Made by a program: the position numbers and the translations under genes. The notes below the pieces were generated by a model that was given only the letters and a program-made list of their open reading frames with translations, was not told where the DNA came from and did no database searches. From positions 960-64,959 of the forward strand of contig JAZNRO010000124.1 of assembly GCA_045590715.1 (NCBI GenBank): a stretch of 64,000 nucleotides of DNA, in the 5' to 3' direction. This DNA is from Eubacteriales bacterium (lineage in GTDB: Bacteria > Bacillota > Clostridia > Oscillospirales > SIG627). Positions 54,544 to 64,000 of this stretch are shown piece by piece (the first letter of the stretch is position 1; the number at the start of each line of letters is the position of its first letter).

Positions 54544-56286
54544 ATGAGTTCTGCTGAAAACAAATACAACCATCTTGTAGGCCAGGTCATTGACGACCGC
54601 TATGAAGTGCTGAAAGTAAAAGGCATCGGCGGTATGGCAGTGGTACTGAAAGCGAGAGACCTTGTAAAAGGCCGTATTGTAGCCATTAAAATGCTCAATG
54701 AAAAGCACAGCAACGACAATAGCTCCGTTCGTCGATTCGTAAACGAATCCCGCGCCATTGCCATGCTGTCAAGCCCTCATATCGTAGATATCTACGACGT
54801 AGCCTTCACGGGAAAGAGCAAGTATATCGTAATGGAATACATTGACGGTATTACCCTTCGGGAATATATGCGCAGAAACGCACCTTTGGGCGTTGAAAAA
54901 TCCCTTGATTTTACCATGCAGATCCTTTCTGCTCTCCAGCACGCTCACGAAAAAGGCGTTATCCATCGTGATATCAAGCCTCAGAATATTATGGTGCAGG
55001 CAGACGGAAAACTGAAGGTAACGGACTTTGGTATTGCCCAGATCAGCGATTTTGATAAGTCCTCCGCCGGCGTTGCCATGGGAACGGTATATTATATCTC
55101 CCCCGAGCAGGCAAGCGGAAAGGCCACTACTTATTCTTCCGATATCTACTCCGTAGGCGTCATGCTTTATGAAATGACCACGGGCCGCCTTCCTTTTGAA
55201 GGAGATACGCCCCTTTCCATTGCCATGATGCAGGTAAATTCCACTGCCGTACGTCCCAGAAAGATCGATCCCAAGATCCCCCAGGGTCTGGAGCAGATCA
55301 TCTGCCGTGCTATGAATAAGAAGCCGGAAGATCGATTCCGCAGTGCCAAGTCCATGCTCCGCGCTTGCGAAATCATTCGCCGGGATAAGACCGTAGTATT
55401 TGAAGAAAGCATTCAGAAAAAGCAAGGCTCTTCCCAGGCCAAAAAGCCCGATGGCAAACGGAAACTGGAAAAGCCTTCCGCTCACACTCTCTTCCCCATT
55501 ATTCTGGGTGTGACCAGTGCCTTTCTCCTGGTACTTTTGATTGCAGGTATTATCCTCATTTCTTCTCTTATCCGTATGACCAGCGAAGACAACTCTCTTG
55601 TTGTTCCTATTCCGAATCTGGTAAGCCAGGCTCTCACCGAGGAGCTGAAGGCCCAGCTTCAGGATCAGAATATTATGGTAGAAGTGGAAGAGGTCCATAA
55701 CGACATTTACGCCGCCGGGCAGATTGCTACCCAGGATCCCCAGGCAGGTCAGACAAGAAAAATTGCATCCAAGAAGGATTTCGTAACCGTAAAGCTTCAG
55801 GTTTCCGTAGGAAAGAGCAGTTTCGCCTTGGGTGATTTCGCTAACCAGGAATACCGCAAGGTCCAGATCCAGCTGGAAGATATGGGTCTGAAGGTTTCCG
55901 TGGAAGAAAAGAACGATGCCAGTGTCATTGCAGGCTTCATCATTACCACCTCTCCCGAAAAAGGCGCTACGGTCAATAGCGGCGATACCGTGACCCTCTA
56001 CGTTTCTAAAGGTATGGAAACCTCTTACGCCAAGATGATCGACGTGAGAGGAATGGAAGCCGGCGAAGCCAAGAGAAAGCTTTTTGCTTCTGACTTTTTG
56101 GTAGGCACCGTCACCAGTGAATATTCCGACACCGTTCCGGAAGGCGCGGTAATCCGCCAGAGCATCGCCCCCGGTGCCGATGCGGCCCAAAAGTACGATC
56201 AGGTTTCTCTGGTCATCAGCCTTGGCCCGCAAAATCCCCCGGCTAATACGGAAACACCGGAAGAAACAACCCAGGCGGCCGGCTAA
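54544..56286 (+). CDS. prkC: Ser/Thr protein kinase with PASTA domains (PrkC-type)
   Basis: Hanks kinase motifs (GIGGMAVV, HRDIKPQN, DFGIA), a single TM helix, and three PASTA-like repeats. Confidence 0.9.
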   Translation: MSSAENKYNHLVGQVIDDRYEVLKVKGIGGMAVVLKARDLVKGRIVAIKMLNEKHSNDNSSVRRFVNESRAIAMLSSPHIVDIYDVAFTGKSKYIVMEYIDGITLREYMRRNAPLGVEKSLDFTMQILSALQHAHEKGVIHRDIKPQNIMVQADGKLKVTDFGIAQISDFDKSSAGVAMGTVYYISPEQASGKATTYSSDIYSVGVMLYEMTTGRLPFEGDTPLSIAMMQVNSTAVRPRKIDPKIPQGLEQIICRAMNKKPEDRFRSAKSMLRACEIIRRDKTVVFEESIQKKQGSSQAKKPDGKRKLEKPSAHTLFPIILGVTSAFLLVLLIAGIILISSLIRMTSEDNSLVVPIPNLVSQALTEELKAQLQDQNIMVEVEEVHNDIYAAGQIATQDPQAGQTRKIASKKDFVTVKLQVSVGKSSFALGDFANQEYRKVQIQLEDMGLKVSVEEKNDASVIAGFIITTSPEKGATVNSGDTVTLYVSKGMETSYAKMIDVRGMEAGEAKRKLFASDFLVGTVTSEYSDTVPEGAVIRQSIAPGADAAQKYDQVSLVISLGPQNPPANTETPEETTQAAG

Positions 56287-56289
56287 ACC

Positions 56290-57246
56290 ATGAAAGAACA
56301 AGGCCGAATTTTAAGTGTCAGCGGTGGTCTTTATACCGTCCGCACGGAAAACGATACCCTCCGCTGTTCTGCCAGAGGCGCTTTCCGTCGGGAAGGCGTA
56401 AGCCCCGTGGCAGGAGATCTGGTTCTCATTGACCGAGAAGAAAAACGAAACGAGCATCAGGTGGAAAAAGGCGCGGAAGGCGTTATTTGCGAAATTTTAC
56501 CCCGGAAAAACGTTCTGATCCGCCCACCGCTTTCCAATCTGGATACCATTTTTCTGGTAGTAGCCGTAAAAGATCCCGACCCCGTATTCTTATCCATTGA
56601 TAAGTTTTTATCCATTGCAACCTATAACAATATCAAAACCGTTCTGGTATTCACAAAGAAGGAACTGGACCTGGAAAAAGCGGAAGAGCTTTGCCGAATC
56701 TATAAACAGGCAGGGTTTGACGCTTTTGCCGTATCCAAGTTTTCCGAAGAAGAGTGCCGGGAGATCTTATACCCTTGTATCAGCGGAAATATCTGCGCTC
56801 TGGCCGGTGCCAGCGGAGTAGGCAAAAGCACTCTCATCAACACGCTCTTCCCCGGCCTTGACCTGGGAACCGGAGAGATCAGTGAAAAGACCCAGCGAGG
56901 CAAACATACGACCCGCCAAAGCACCCTTTACGATATTTCCTCTTTATTGGAAGAAAAAAAGGAAGTATACGTGGCAGACACCCCCGGCTTTTCCCTTTTG
57001 GATTTTGACAAATTTTTCTTTATGAAAAAGGAAGATCTGCCCTTTACCTTCCCGGAATTTGAGCCATATTTCGGCCAGTGCAAGTACACAAAATGCAGTC
57101 ATCAGACCGAAGACGGCTGTAAGATCCTGGAAAAAATGGAAGAAGGTGTTATCGCCAAAAGCCGGCACGAAAGCTACCGTGCTCTCCTTGTAGAACTGGG
57201 AAAGACCAAAGACTGGGAACTGTCTAAAAAGAAAACGAAACGATAA
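56290..57246 (+). CDS. rsgA: Ribosome small-subunit-dependent GTPase A
   Basis: OB fold, circularly permuted GTPase (VFTKKELD, GASGVGKSTLIN), and zinc-knuckle residues (CKYTKCSHQTEDGC). Confidence 0.9.
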   Translation: MKEQGRILSVSGGLYTVRTENDTLRCSARGAFRREGVSPVAGDLVLIDREEKRNEHQVEKGAEGVICEILPRKNVLIRPPLSNLDTIFLVVAVKDPDPVFLSIDKFLSIATYNNIKTVLVFTKKELDLEKAEELCRIYKQAGFDAFAVSKFSEEECREILYPCISGNICALAGASGVGKSTLINTLFPGLDLGTGEISEKTQRGKHTTRQSTLYDISSLLEEKKEVYVADTPGFSLLDFDKFFFMKKEDLPFTFPEFEPYFGQCKYTKCSHQTEDGCKILEKMEEGVIAKSRHESYRALLVELGKTKDWELSKKKTKR

Positions 57247-57278
57247 AAAAAGAAAGCCAAAAGGCTTTCTTTTTTTAT
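57245..57278. terminator. Intrinsic terminator after rsgA
   Basis: AAAAAAAGAAAGCC-AAAA-GGCTTTCTTTTTTT. Confidence 0.7.
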
Positions 57279-57281
57279 TTA

Positions 57282-57536
57282 TTATTTTATAAAAAGTTCT
57301 TCCATTTTAATATCTAAAATGTTTGCTATGGCAAGGATCTCCTTATCTGTAACAGTTCTGATCTGGCCTTCCAGCTTAGAATAACTGGTAGGGTTAATAT
57401 CGCACCCTAGGGTCTGCATCTTTGCAATAAAATCCTTTTGCTTGATCCCCTTTTCTTTCCGAAGAGTTTCCACTCTTTTGCCAATCAAATTAACATTTCC
57501 GTATTCTTTTTTTCTGGTTTTCATTTTATCGTCCAT
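57282..57536 (-). CDS. XRE-family helix-turn-helix transcriptional regulator (84 aa)
   Basis: HTH_3-like: IGKRVETLRKEKGIKQKDFIAKM...YSKLEG. Confidence 0.75.
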   Translation of the reverse strand: MDDKMKTRKKEYGNVNLIGKRVETLRKEKGIKQKDFIAKMQTLGCDINPTSYSKLEGQIRTVTDKEILAIANILDIKMEELFIK

Positions 57537-57543
57537 TCACTTG

Positions 57544-57575
57544 CAAAAAAGAGAGCCTTTTGGCTTTCTTTTTTA
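57544..57575 (-). terminator. rarA terminator
   Basis: Minus strand GAAAGCC-AAAA-GGCTCTC followed by a U-run. Same palindrome as at 57245-57278. Confidence 0.65.
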
Positions 57576-58817
57576 TTTATCTTTAATTTTTTCCCAATAG
57601 GCTTTGGCAGCCGCTTCTGCTTTATTATCTCCAAACTGATAGTAGATCCGATTCTTTAAATCGTCCGGCAGGTACTGCTGCTGGATCCAGTGATTGGGAT
57701 AATCGTGGGGATAAACGTAAGGCTGTTTCCGATCGCCTACGCCAAAATAATGGTTATTTTTTAAACAGGAAGGCATATCTCTTCCCATTCCCTTTTCAAT
57801 ATCCTGCATAGCCGCCGCATAAGCAGAGTAAGCAGAATTGGACTTAGGCGCAGTAGCAAGTAAAAGCGCCGCGTGTACCAAGGGAATTCTGGCTTCCGGC
57901 ATTCCAAGCATCAATGCAGAATCCACGCAGGATTTCACAATACTTGCCGCCTGGGAATAGGCAAGGCCGATATCTTCCGATGCGATGACCAAAAGTCTTC
58001 GGCAAGCGCCCTGGAGATCACCGGATTCCAGTAGTTTTGCCAGGTAAAATACCGTAGCGTTTTCATCACTTCCGCGAATGGATTTCTGAAGGGCAGATAA
58101 AAGCTCGTACTTATCGTCTCCGCTTCTATCGTAAGCCATCAGATTTCGCTGGGCGCAGGAGGTAGCTTCCTCAAGGCCAAGCTCATTTTCCGAAACGTAG
58201 TAGCACAGCTCCAGGAAATTGAGTGATGCGCGCACGTCTCCGCCGCTGGAGGTGGCAATATAGTTTCTGGCTTCCGGGGTAATGGTCTTTTCAAGACCGT
58301 TTTCCCGATTTAATACAGCAAGTCCCCGATCCAGATTCTCTTCAATTTCTTGGGGAGATAAAGGCTTAAATTCAAAGACAGCGCAACGGGAAAGAATGGC
58401 CTTATACACGTAGAAATAAGGGTTTTCCGTAGTAGAGGCAATGAGGGTGACCCTACCGTCCTCTATATACTCTAAAAGAGTCTGCTGCTGCTTTTTATTT
58501 AAGTACTGGATCTCATCCAGATATAGAAGGATTCCATTCATTCCGGCAAGGCCTTCCGTTTCTGCAAGGACTTCTTTGATATCCTTGCCTACTGCGGTAG
58601 TGGCATTGAGCTGACGGAACGGGAGATTTGCTTTATTTGCAATAATTCTGGCAACGGTGGTCTTTCCGACACCGGAAGGGCCGTAAAAGATCATATTACT
58701 GATCTTCCCTGCCTCTAAAAGCCGCTTTAACGGGCCTTTTTCACCTAAAATGTGCTTCTGTCCGCAAACTTCACCTAGATCTGTGGGACGAAGCCTTTGG
58801 GCAAGTGGGATATTCAT
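57573..58817 (-). CDS. rarA: Replication-associated recombination protein A (AAA+)
   Basis: 414 aa. LRPTDLGEVCGQKH, Walker A GPSGVGKTT, and the MgsA C-terminal domain. Confidence 0.92.
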   Translation of the reverse strand: MNIPLAQRLRPTDLGEVCGQKHILGEKGPLKRLLEAGKISNMIFYGPSGVGKTTVARIIANKANLPFRQLNATTAVGKDIKEVLAETEGLAGMNGILLYLDEIQYLNKKQQQTLLEYIEDGRVTLIASTTENPYFYVYKAILSRCAVFEFKPLSPQEIEENLDRGLAVLNRENGLEKTITPEARNYIATSSGGDVRASLNFLELCYYVSENELGLEEATSCAQRNLMAYDRSGDDKYELLSALQKSIRGSDENATVFYLAKLLESGDLQGACRRLLVIASEDIGLAYSQAASIVKSCVDSALMLGMPEARIPLVHAALLLATAPKSNSAYSAYAAAMQDIEKGMGRDMPSCLKNNHYFGVGDRKQPYVYPHDYPNHWIQQQYLPDDLKNRIYYQFGDNKAEAAAKAYWEKIKDK

Positions 58818-59893
58818 CTTGCAAAGTAGCCCAGACGGTAAAGAAGTTCTGCCACTTCTACTGCACCGCCTGCGGCGCCGCGAATGGTATTATGAGAAAG
58901 TCCCACGAATTTATAATCGTAAATGGGATCTTCACGAAGTCTGCCGGCACAGATGCCCATACCGTTTTCGGTCATACGGTCAAGGCCGGTCTGGGGACGG
59001 TTTTCTTCTTCAAAATAAGTGATAAACTGCTCCGGTGCGCTGGGAAGCTGAAGTTCCTGGGGCAGAGCCTTATAAGAATGCCACTTTTCCAGGATCTGCT
59101 CACGGGTAGGCTTATTCTTGAAACGAATAAAGGTAGCCGCCATATGTCCGTCCTCACAAGGAACGCGCAGACACTGGGCAGAAATTTTAAGAGAATCAAT
59201 GCTTTCAATACCGCCATCTGCTACCTTGCCCCAGATCTTTAAGGGCTCTTTTTCGCTCTTTTCTTCTTCCCCGCCGATAAAGGGGATCACGTTATCCAGC
59301 ATTTCGGGCCAGTCCTGGAAATTCTTGCCGGCGCCGGAAATGGCCTGGTAAGTGGTTACGAGTACTTCGGTAGGCTCAAACTCCATCAAAGGATGAATGA
59401 GGGGAACGTAGCTCTGAATAGAGCAATTAGGCTTTACCGCGATAAAACCGCGCTTTGTTCCAAGACGCTTTTTCTGCTGTTCGATGACCTTTGTATGATC
59501 TGCATTGATCTCGGGAATGATCATAGGAACGTCAGGCGTCATACGGTTTGCGCTGTTATTGGAAACTACGGGAATTTCAGCTCTAGCAAGTGCTTCTTCA
59601 TAGGCCAGAAGCTCTAATTTGGGCATATTCACCGCGCAGAAAACCATATCCACGCTCTTTGCAATAAGATCAATATCCGCGGCGTCATAAACGGGCATAG
59701 AGGCGATCTTTTCAGACAGAGGAGTTTTCATCTTCCAACGGCCTTTTACACTTTCCCCGTAATTTACGCCGGCGCTACGGGCGCTGGCAAACAGTCCTGC
59801 AATTTCAAAGTAAGGGTGGTTCTCCAGCAAGGTGATAAACCGCTGGCCTACCATTCCGGTAGCACCGATGATGCCAACTTTGATCTGATTCAC
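58814..59893 (-). CDS. asd: Aspartate-semialdehyde dehydrogenase
   Basis: GTG start (GAGGAAA upstream). IGATGMVGQRF, active-site NCSIQ, and GAAGGAV near the C-terminus. Confidence 0.92.
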   Translation of the reverse strand: MNQIKVGIIGATGMVGQRFITLLENHPYFEIAGLFASARSAGVNYGESVKGRWKMKTPLSEKIASMPVYDAADIDLIAKSVDMVFCAVNMPKLELLAYEEALARAEIPVVSNNSANRMTPDVPMIIPEINADHTKVIEQQKKRLGTKRGFIAVKPNCSIQSYVPLIHPLMEFEPTEVLVTTYQAISGAGKNFQDWPEMLDNVIPFIGGEEEKSEKEPLKIWGKVADGGIESIDSLKISAQCLRVPCEDGHMAATFIRFKNKPTREQILEKWHSYKALPQELQLPSAPEQFITYFEEENRPQTGLDRMTENGMGICAGRLREDPIYDYKFVGLSHNTIRGAAGGAVEVAELLYRLGYFAR

Positions 59894-59930
59894 AACATTT
59901 TCCTCGCAATCAAAATAGTCTAATAATTAC

Positions 59931-59967
59931 AAAAGCCAATTCCGCCACAAGCGTGGTCGGAATTGGC
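59931..59967 (-). terminator. Putative rpsU terminator / asd leader hairpin
   Basis: Minus strand GCCAATTCCG...CGGAATTGGC followed by TTTTGT (short U-tract). Confidence 0.5.
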
Positions 59968-60028
59968 ATTACTTCCTGCCGGTCAGGCAAGGAACGATCC
60001 GAAGATCGTTTTGCGCTATCCCGCAAAC

Positions 60029-60205
60029 TTATTTGTACTTGCGCTTTCTTGCAGCTTCAGACTTCTTTTTACGCTTTACGCTGGGCTTTTCATAGCACTC
60101 GCGCTTACGAAGTTCGCTTAATACACCACTTCTGGCGCACTGGCGCTTAAATCTGCGAATAGCACTGTCGAGCGATTCGTTTTCTTTAACTCTAACTTCT
60201 GCCAT
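60029..60205 (-). CDS. rpsU: 30S ribosomal protein S21 (58 aa, not in ORF track)
   Basis: Manual translation: [68 protein letters not shown] upstream. Confidence 0.9.
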   Translation of the reverse strand: MAEVRVKENESLDSAIRRFKRQCARSGVLSELRKRECYEKPSVKRKKKSEAARKRKYK

Positions 60206-60268
60206 CTTTTTCCCTCCCTTTGCACTTAGCGAAGAGATAAAACAAACCAGTCTTCACGACTAAAAACT

Positions 60269-60297
60269 ATTATAATCCATCTTTTCCATGATGTCAA
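60269..60297 (-). promoter_or_regulatory. Sigma-A-like promoter of rpsU
   Basis: Minus strand TTGACA, 17 nt spacer, TATAAT. Confidence 0.55.
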
Positions 60298-60317
60298 TAA
60301 GTTTTTTCCTTTTTTAT

Positions 60318-60350
60318 GGAAAAAACCCGCCGAAACTTTTCGGCGGGTTT
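60318..60350 (-). terminator. leuS terminator
   Basis: Minus strand CCCGCCGA / TCGGCGGG stem followed by a U-run. Confidence 0.7.
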
Positions 60351-60354
60351 TGGT

Positions 60355-62757
60355 TTATTTCGCAACGATGTTGACAAGCTTGCCGGGAACGTAGATCTCT
60401 TTGATGATGGTCTTACCTTCCAGCATCTGTGCAATGGTGCTTTCCTTTTTTGCGCCGGAGATAACGTCACTGGCGGCCATATCCACGGGAATCTGCATTT
60501 TTGCTCTTACTTTACCGCAGATCTGGATGGCGATCTCAACGGACTTATCCACGCACTTTGCCTCATCATATTTCGGCCAAGCGGTTTCGTTGAGCATTCC
60601 TTCAAAGCCCAGGGTCACCCACATTTCTTCGGTCATATGAGGTGCGAAGGGATTGAGAAGAATAATAAGAGTGCGAAGTTCTTCACGGGTTACCTTGCCG
60701 GTTGCGGCTACGTCGTTTAAGAGAGCCATCATAGCGGCAATAGCGGTATTCATTTTCAGTCCTTCGATATCTTCGGTTACCTTGCGGATGGTCTTATGGA
60801 ACGCGCTTTCCAGTTCGGGACGGATCTCTCCGTCTACAGCTACGTCCATCAGCGCCCAAACTCTGTCAAGGAATCTCTTGCAACCCTTGATGGAAGCGGA
60901 GTTCCAGGGAGCAGCCTTTTCAAAGTCACCGATAAACATTTCATAAAGACGCATGGTGTCTGCGCCGTATTCGTTTACGATATCATCGGGGTTTACCACG
61001 TTACCGCGGGACTTACTCATCTTCTCGCCGTTTTCACCCAGGATCATACCGTGGCTGGTACGCTTTGCATAGGGTTCGGGACAGGTAACGGCGTCAATAT
61101 CGTAAAGGAATTTGTGCCAGAAACGGCTATAAAGAAGATGCAGGGTCGTATGTTCCATACCGCCGTTGTACCAGTCAACGGGGAGCCAATATTCCATGGC
61201 CTTGCGGGATGCGATGGCATCATTGTTATTCGGATCAATGTAGCGCAGGAAGTACCAGCTGGAGCCGGCCCACTGAGGCATAGTATCGGTTTCACGGGTA
61301 GCGGGTGCGCCGCAGACGGGACAGGTGGTCTGAACCCAGTCGGTCATTTTCGCCAAGGGAGATTCGCCGGTTTCGGTGGGTTCGTAAGAATCTACTTCAG
61401 GAAGTACCAGGGGAAGCTGATCTTCCGGCAGGGGTACGGCACCGCACTTGGGACAATGTACGATCGGAATGGGCTCGCCCCAATATCTCTGACGGGAGAA
61501 TACCCAGTCACGAAGCTTATAATTGACCTTTGCTTCGCCAAGACCCTTTTCCGTAAGGAACTTTGTGATCTCAACCTTTGCTTCTTCCACGGAAAGACCG
61601 TCAAGGAAACCGGAATTGGTCATAATACCGGTAGCGCAGTCAACGAAGGCTTCTTTCTCAATATCGCCGCCCTTTACTACTTCAATAATGGGAAGGCCGA
61701 AGACTTTGGCAAAATCGTAGTCTCTCTCGTCGTGAGCGGGAACTGCCATAATAGCACCGGTTCCGTAGGAAGCCAGTACGTAATCGGAAATAAAAATGGG
61801 GATTTCTTTGCCGTTTACGGGGTTGATGGCGGTAACGCCGGCAAGTTTTACGCCGGTCTTTTCTTTTACCACTTCGGTTCTTTCAAAATCGCTCTTTCTG
61901 GAAGCGGCTTCCTGATAAGCGCGGATTTCATCCATATTGGTAAGCTTGTCCTGCCACTTTTCAATCAGGGCGTGTTCGGGAGCCATAACCATATAGGTCG
62001 CACCGAAGAGGGTATCGGGACGGGTGGTATAAACCTGGAGCACGTCGCCGGCAGTGGTATCGAATTTCACCTGGGCGCCCTGGGATCTGCCGATCCAGTT
62101 TCTCTGCTGGGTCTTAACTCTTTCGATAAAGTTTACGTCGTCAAGACCGTTCAAGAGCTTTTCTGCGTAATCGGTGATCTTCAGCATCCACTGGCTCTTT
62201 ACCTTGCGGACAACTTCACTGTTGCAACGCTCACAAACGCCGCCGGCCGCTTCTTCGTTGGCCAGAACGCATTTACAGGAGGGGCACCAGTTTACTGCCA
62301 TCTCCTTCTTGTAAGCAAGACCTTCCTTATAAAGTTGGAGGAAGATCCACTGGGTCCACTTATAGTAATCGGGGCTGGTGGTATTCACTTCCTTGGTCCA
62401 GTCGAAGGAAAAGCCGAGAGATTTCAACTGCTCTTTAAAGTGAGCCACGTTCTGCTCGGTAACGATAGAAGGATGAATATGATTTTTGATCGCAAAGTTT
62501 TCGGTAGGAAGACCGAAAGCGTCCCAACCCATAGGGTAAAGAACGTTGTAGCCCTCCAGTCTCTTCTTTCTGGATACGATATCAAGGGCGGTGTAGGAAC
62601 GGGGGTGTCCTACGTGAAGACCCTGTCCGGAGGGGTAAGGAAATTCTACCAAGGCGTAAAACTTGGGCTTTGAGTAATCCGTACCGGCAACGAAGGTTCC
62701 TTTTTCGTCCCAGATATCCTGCCATTTTTTCTCTGTTTGTTTAAAATTGTATTCCAT
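60355..62757 (-). CDS. leuS: Leucine--tRNA ligase
   Basis: 800 aa. HVGH (HIGH-type) motif, CP1 editing domain, and KMSKS. Confidence 0.95.
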   Translation of the reverse strand: MEYNFKQTEKKWQDIWDEKGTFVAGTDYSKPKFYALVEFPYPSGQGLHVGHPRSYTALDIVSRKKRLEGYNVLYPMGWDAFGLPTENFAIKNHIHPSIVTEQNVAHFKEQLKSLGFSFDWTKEVNTTSPDYYKWTQWIFLQLYKEGLAYKKEMAVNWCPSCKCVLANEEAAGGVCERCNSEVVRKVKSQWMLKITDYAEKLLNGLDDVNFIERVKTQQRNWIGRSQGAQVKFDTTAGDVLQVYTTRPDTLFGATYMVMAPEHALIEKWQDKLTNMDEIRAYQEAASRKSDFERTEVVKEKTGVKLAGVTAINPVNGKEIPIFISDYVLASYGTGAIMAVPAHDERDYDFAKVFGLPIIEVVKGGDIEKEAFVDCATGIMTNSGFLDGLSVEEAKVEITKFLTEKGLGEAKVNYKLRDWVFSRQRYWGEPIPIVHCPKCGAVPLPEDQLPLVLPEVDSYEPTETGESPLAKMTDWVQTTCPVCGAPATRETDTMPQWAGSSWYFLRYIDPNNNDAIASRKAMEYWLPVDWYNGGMEHTTLHLLYSRFWHKFLYDIDAVTCPEPYAKRTSHGMILGENGEKMSKSRGNVVNPDDIVNEYGADTMRLYEMFIGDFEKAAPWNSASIKGCKRFLDRVWALMDVAVDGEIRPELESAFHKTIRKVTEDIEGLKMNTAIAAMMALLNDVAATGKVTREELRTLIILLNPFAPHMTEEMWVTLGFEGMLNETAWPKYDEAKCVDKSVEIAIQICGKVRAKMQIPVDMAASDVISGAKKESTIAQMLEGKTIIKEIYVPGKLVNIVAK

Positions 62758-62781
62758 TTCTATTTCCTCAAAATGATAAAA

Positions 62782-63138
62782 TTAGTCTTCTTTGGCTTCA
62801 AATTCAATTCTTTCAGCGGCGGCCCAGAGTTTTTCCAGGTTAAAGAATCCGCGGCTTTCCGCATCAAAAATATGCACGATTACGTCAGTGAAATCAAGCA
62901 AGATCCATCCGCCGCCCTGATATCCTTCTACCCGGGATGTGGTAAGAGCGTCTTCCTCGCGAAGGCGGTACTCTACCTCATCGCAAAGCGCTTTCTGATG
63001 AGTAGAGGAGGTGGCGGTAGCGATTACGAAATAATCACTGATAATGGTTTCTTCCGAAACCTTCAGAATGCTGACTTCCCGGCCTTTTTTCTCGTCCAGG
63101 ATGCCGGCGATCTTTTTTGCTTTTTCAAGTGCTGTCAT
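62782..63138 (-). CDS. rsfS: Ribosome silencing factor RsfS
   Basis: Start at MTALEKAKK (118 aa). DYFVIATATS and GGGWILLDFTDVIVHIF motifs. The track ORF has a 65-aa false extension. Confidence 0.9.
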   Translation of the reverse strand: MTALEKAKKIAGILDEKKGREVSILKVSEETIISDYFVIATATSSTHQKALCDEVEYRLREEDALTTSRVEGYQGGGWILLDFTDVIVHIFDAESRGFFNLEKLWAAAERIEFEAKED

Positions 63139-64000
63139 AGCCCTTTCCTTTCCGTTTTTTCTTTCAGATCCTCCAGGGCAAAAGCCGTGAGAGGATGAAT
63201 GGGAAACTTCTTTTCCTTTAAATGAGAGATGGTCTGCTGTAAGACCTTTATAATGCAATGATCCAGAAAAGTTTCTCTCTCTTCTTTCTTTTCCGGTAAG
63301 TGGGAATAAAAATACTCCCGCATCGTAAGGCAAACTTTGTGGCGCCTTGTTTCTTCTATAAAGTCGGCAAAAAAGAGGATCTTTTCCTTCAGGGTCATCT
63401 CTTTCTTTCCCGTAGTATGATAGAAAATGGCGCTTTCATACTCCGGGGATGGGCCCATTTCTTCCCGAAAAAGGATGGCGGCGCTTCTGCCGTGCAGTAC
63501 CGCGGGGGAAGAAATCTCATCTTCCGAAACCTTCTCTCCCCTTTTTTCAAGGAACTTTTTTTGCTCCTCCGGGGTCCACTCTTTTGTCAGATCGTGATAA
63601 AGAGCGGCAAGAGAAAGATTCTTTTTTTCTTCTTCGGAAAGAGAGAAGATCTCGCCTAATAAAACACATTCCCGCATCACGGAAAAAGTGTGGGAAAGGC
63701 GGTCTTTTGAAAGGGTCTCTCTCGCTCTTTTTACTGCTTTTTTCCGTTCCGCACAAGACAAAGAGCCATATAGATCATTCTCTAAAATATCATCATTTAC
63801 CTTGGGGGATAACGCGACGGAAAAACCTTTTTCTCCGATCTCTTCGCGGATCCGGGTCGAAGATATTATATATGGTTTTTCCTCAAATATCAAGCACCGG
63901 GCACCAAAATCTTTTTCCAGGCTTTCCTTCTTCTTTAAAAGAACTTCTCTATCTTCAAAGCGATCCATCACACAAAGGGTACAAGACGCAAGAAGTTTTT
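63135..64000 (-). CDS. NadD C-terminus fused in frame to a YqeK HD-domain phosphohydrolase; 5' end outside window
   Basis: The frame stays open to the window edge. IISSTRIREEI...VNDDILENDLYG is the NadD tail. It is followed without a stop by YqeK motifs (LSHTFSVMRE, ALYHDLTKE). Confidence 0.75.
   Translation of the reverse strand, partial: KLLASCTLCVMDRFEDREVLLKKKESLEKDFGARCLIFEEKPYIISSTRIREEIGEKGFSVALSPKVNDDILENDLYGSLSCAERKKAVKRARETLSKDRLSHTFSVMRECVLLGEIFSLSEEEKKNLSLAALYHDLTKEWTPEEQKKFLEKRGEKVSEDEISSPAVLHGRSAAILFREEMGPSPEYESAIFYHTTGKKEMTLKEKILFFADFIEETRRHKVCLTMREYFYSHLPEKKEERETFLDHCIIKVLQQTISHLKEKKFPIHPLTAFALEDLKEKTERKGL

Overview
This 64-kb window looks like chromosome from a spore-forming, mid-GC Firmicute. 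The gene order is Clostridia-like: hprK-glcK-murB-whiA, an ispH::rpsA fusion, GerA-family and PdaA-like genes, and remA-gmk-rpoZ-priA-def-fmt-rsmB-rlmN-stp-prkC-rsgA. I call about 60 protein genes, three of them short ORFs absent from the supplied track (a 56-aa ORF, a 59-aa ORF and rpsU). I also call one stand-alone tRNA, one yybP-ykoY (Mn2+) riboswitch in front of mntP, and many canonical TTGACA-17-TATAAT-type promoters and intrinsic terminators. Most of the window is housekeeping. The parts worth a second look are: (i) a REP-like hairpin family (GTAG tail plus GGGCGAAC/GTTCGCCC stem) clustered beside a RAYT-type Y1 transposase gene, which overlaps the prmA stop codon and carries two REP units inside its own CDS; (ii) a complete transcription unit (989-aa secreted orphan protein plus the 59-aa peptide ORF) bracketed by two 94-bp direct copies of a REP doublet; (iii) a pair of ABC half-transporters with zinc-ribbon N-terminal extensions and an interposed DUF1854-like gene; (iv) an AraC-linked operon ending in two tandem paralogous lipoproteins with a possible Cys/His hydrolase signature; (v) a nested inverted-repeat element next to a tRNA-Gln-like gene with U at position 37. 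I saw no CRISPR array, prophage or recognised defence system. All family assignments come from reading the motifs by eye; no database search was run.
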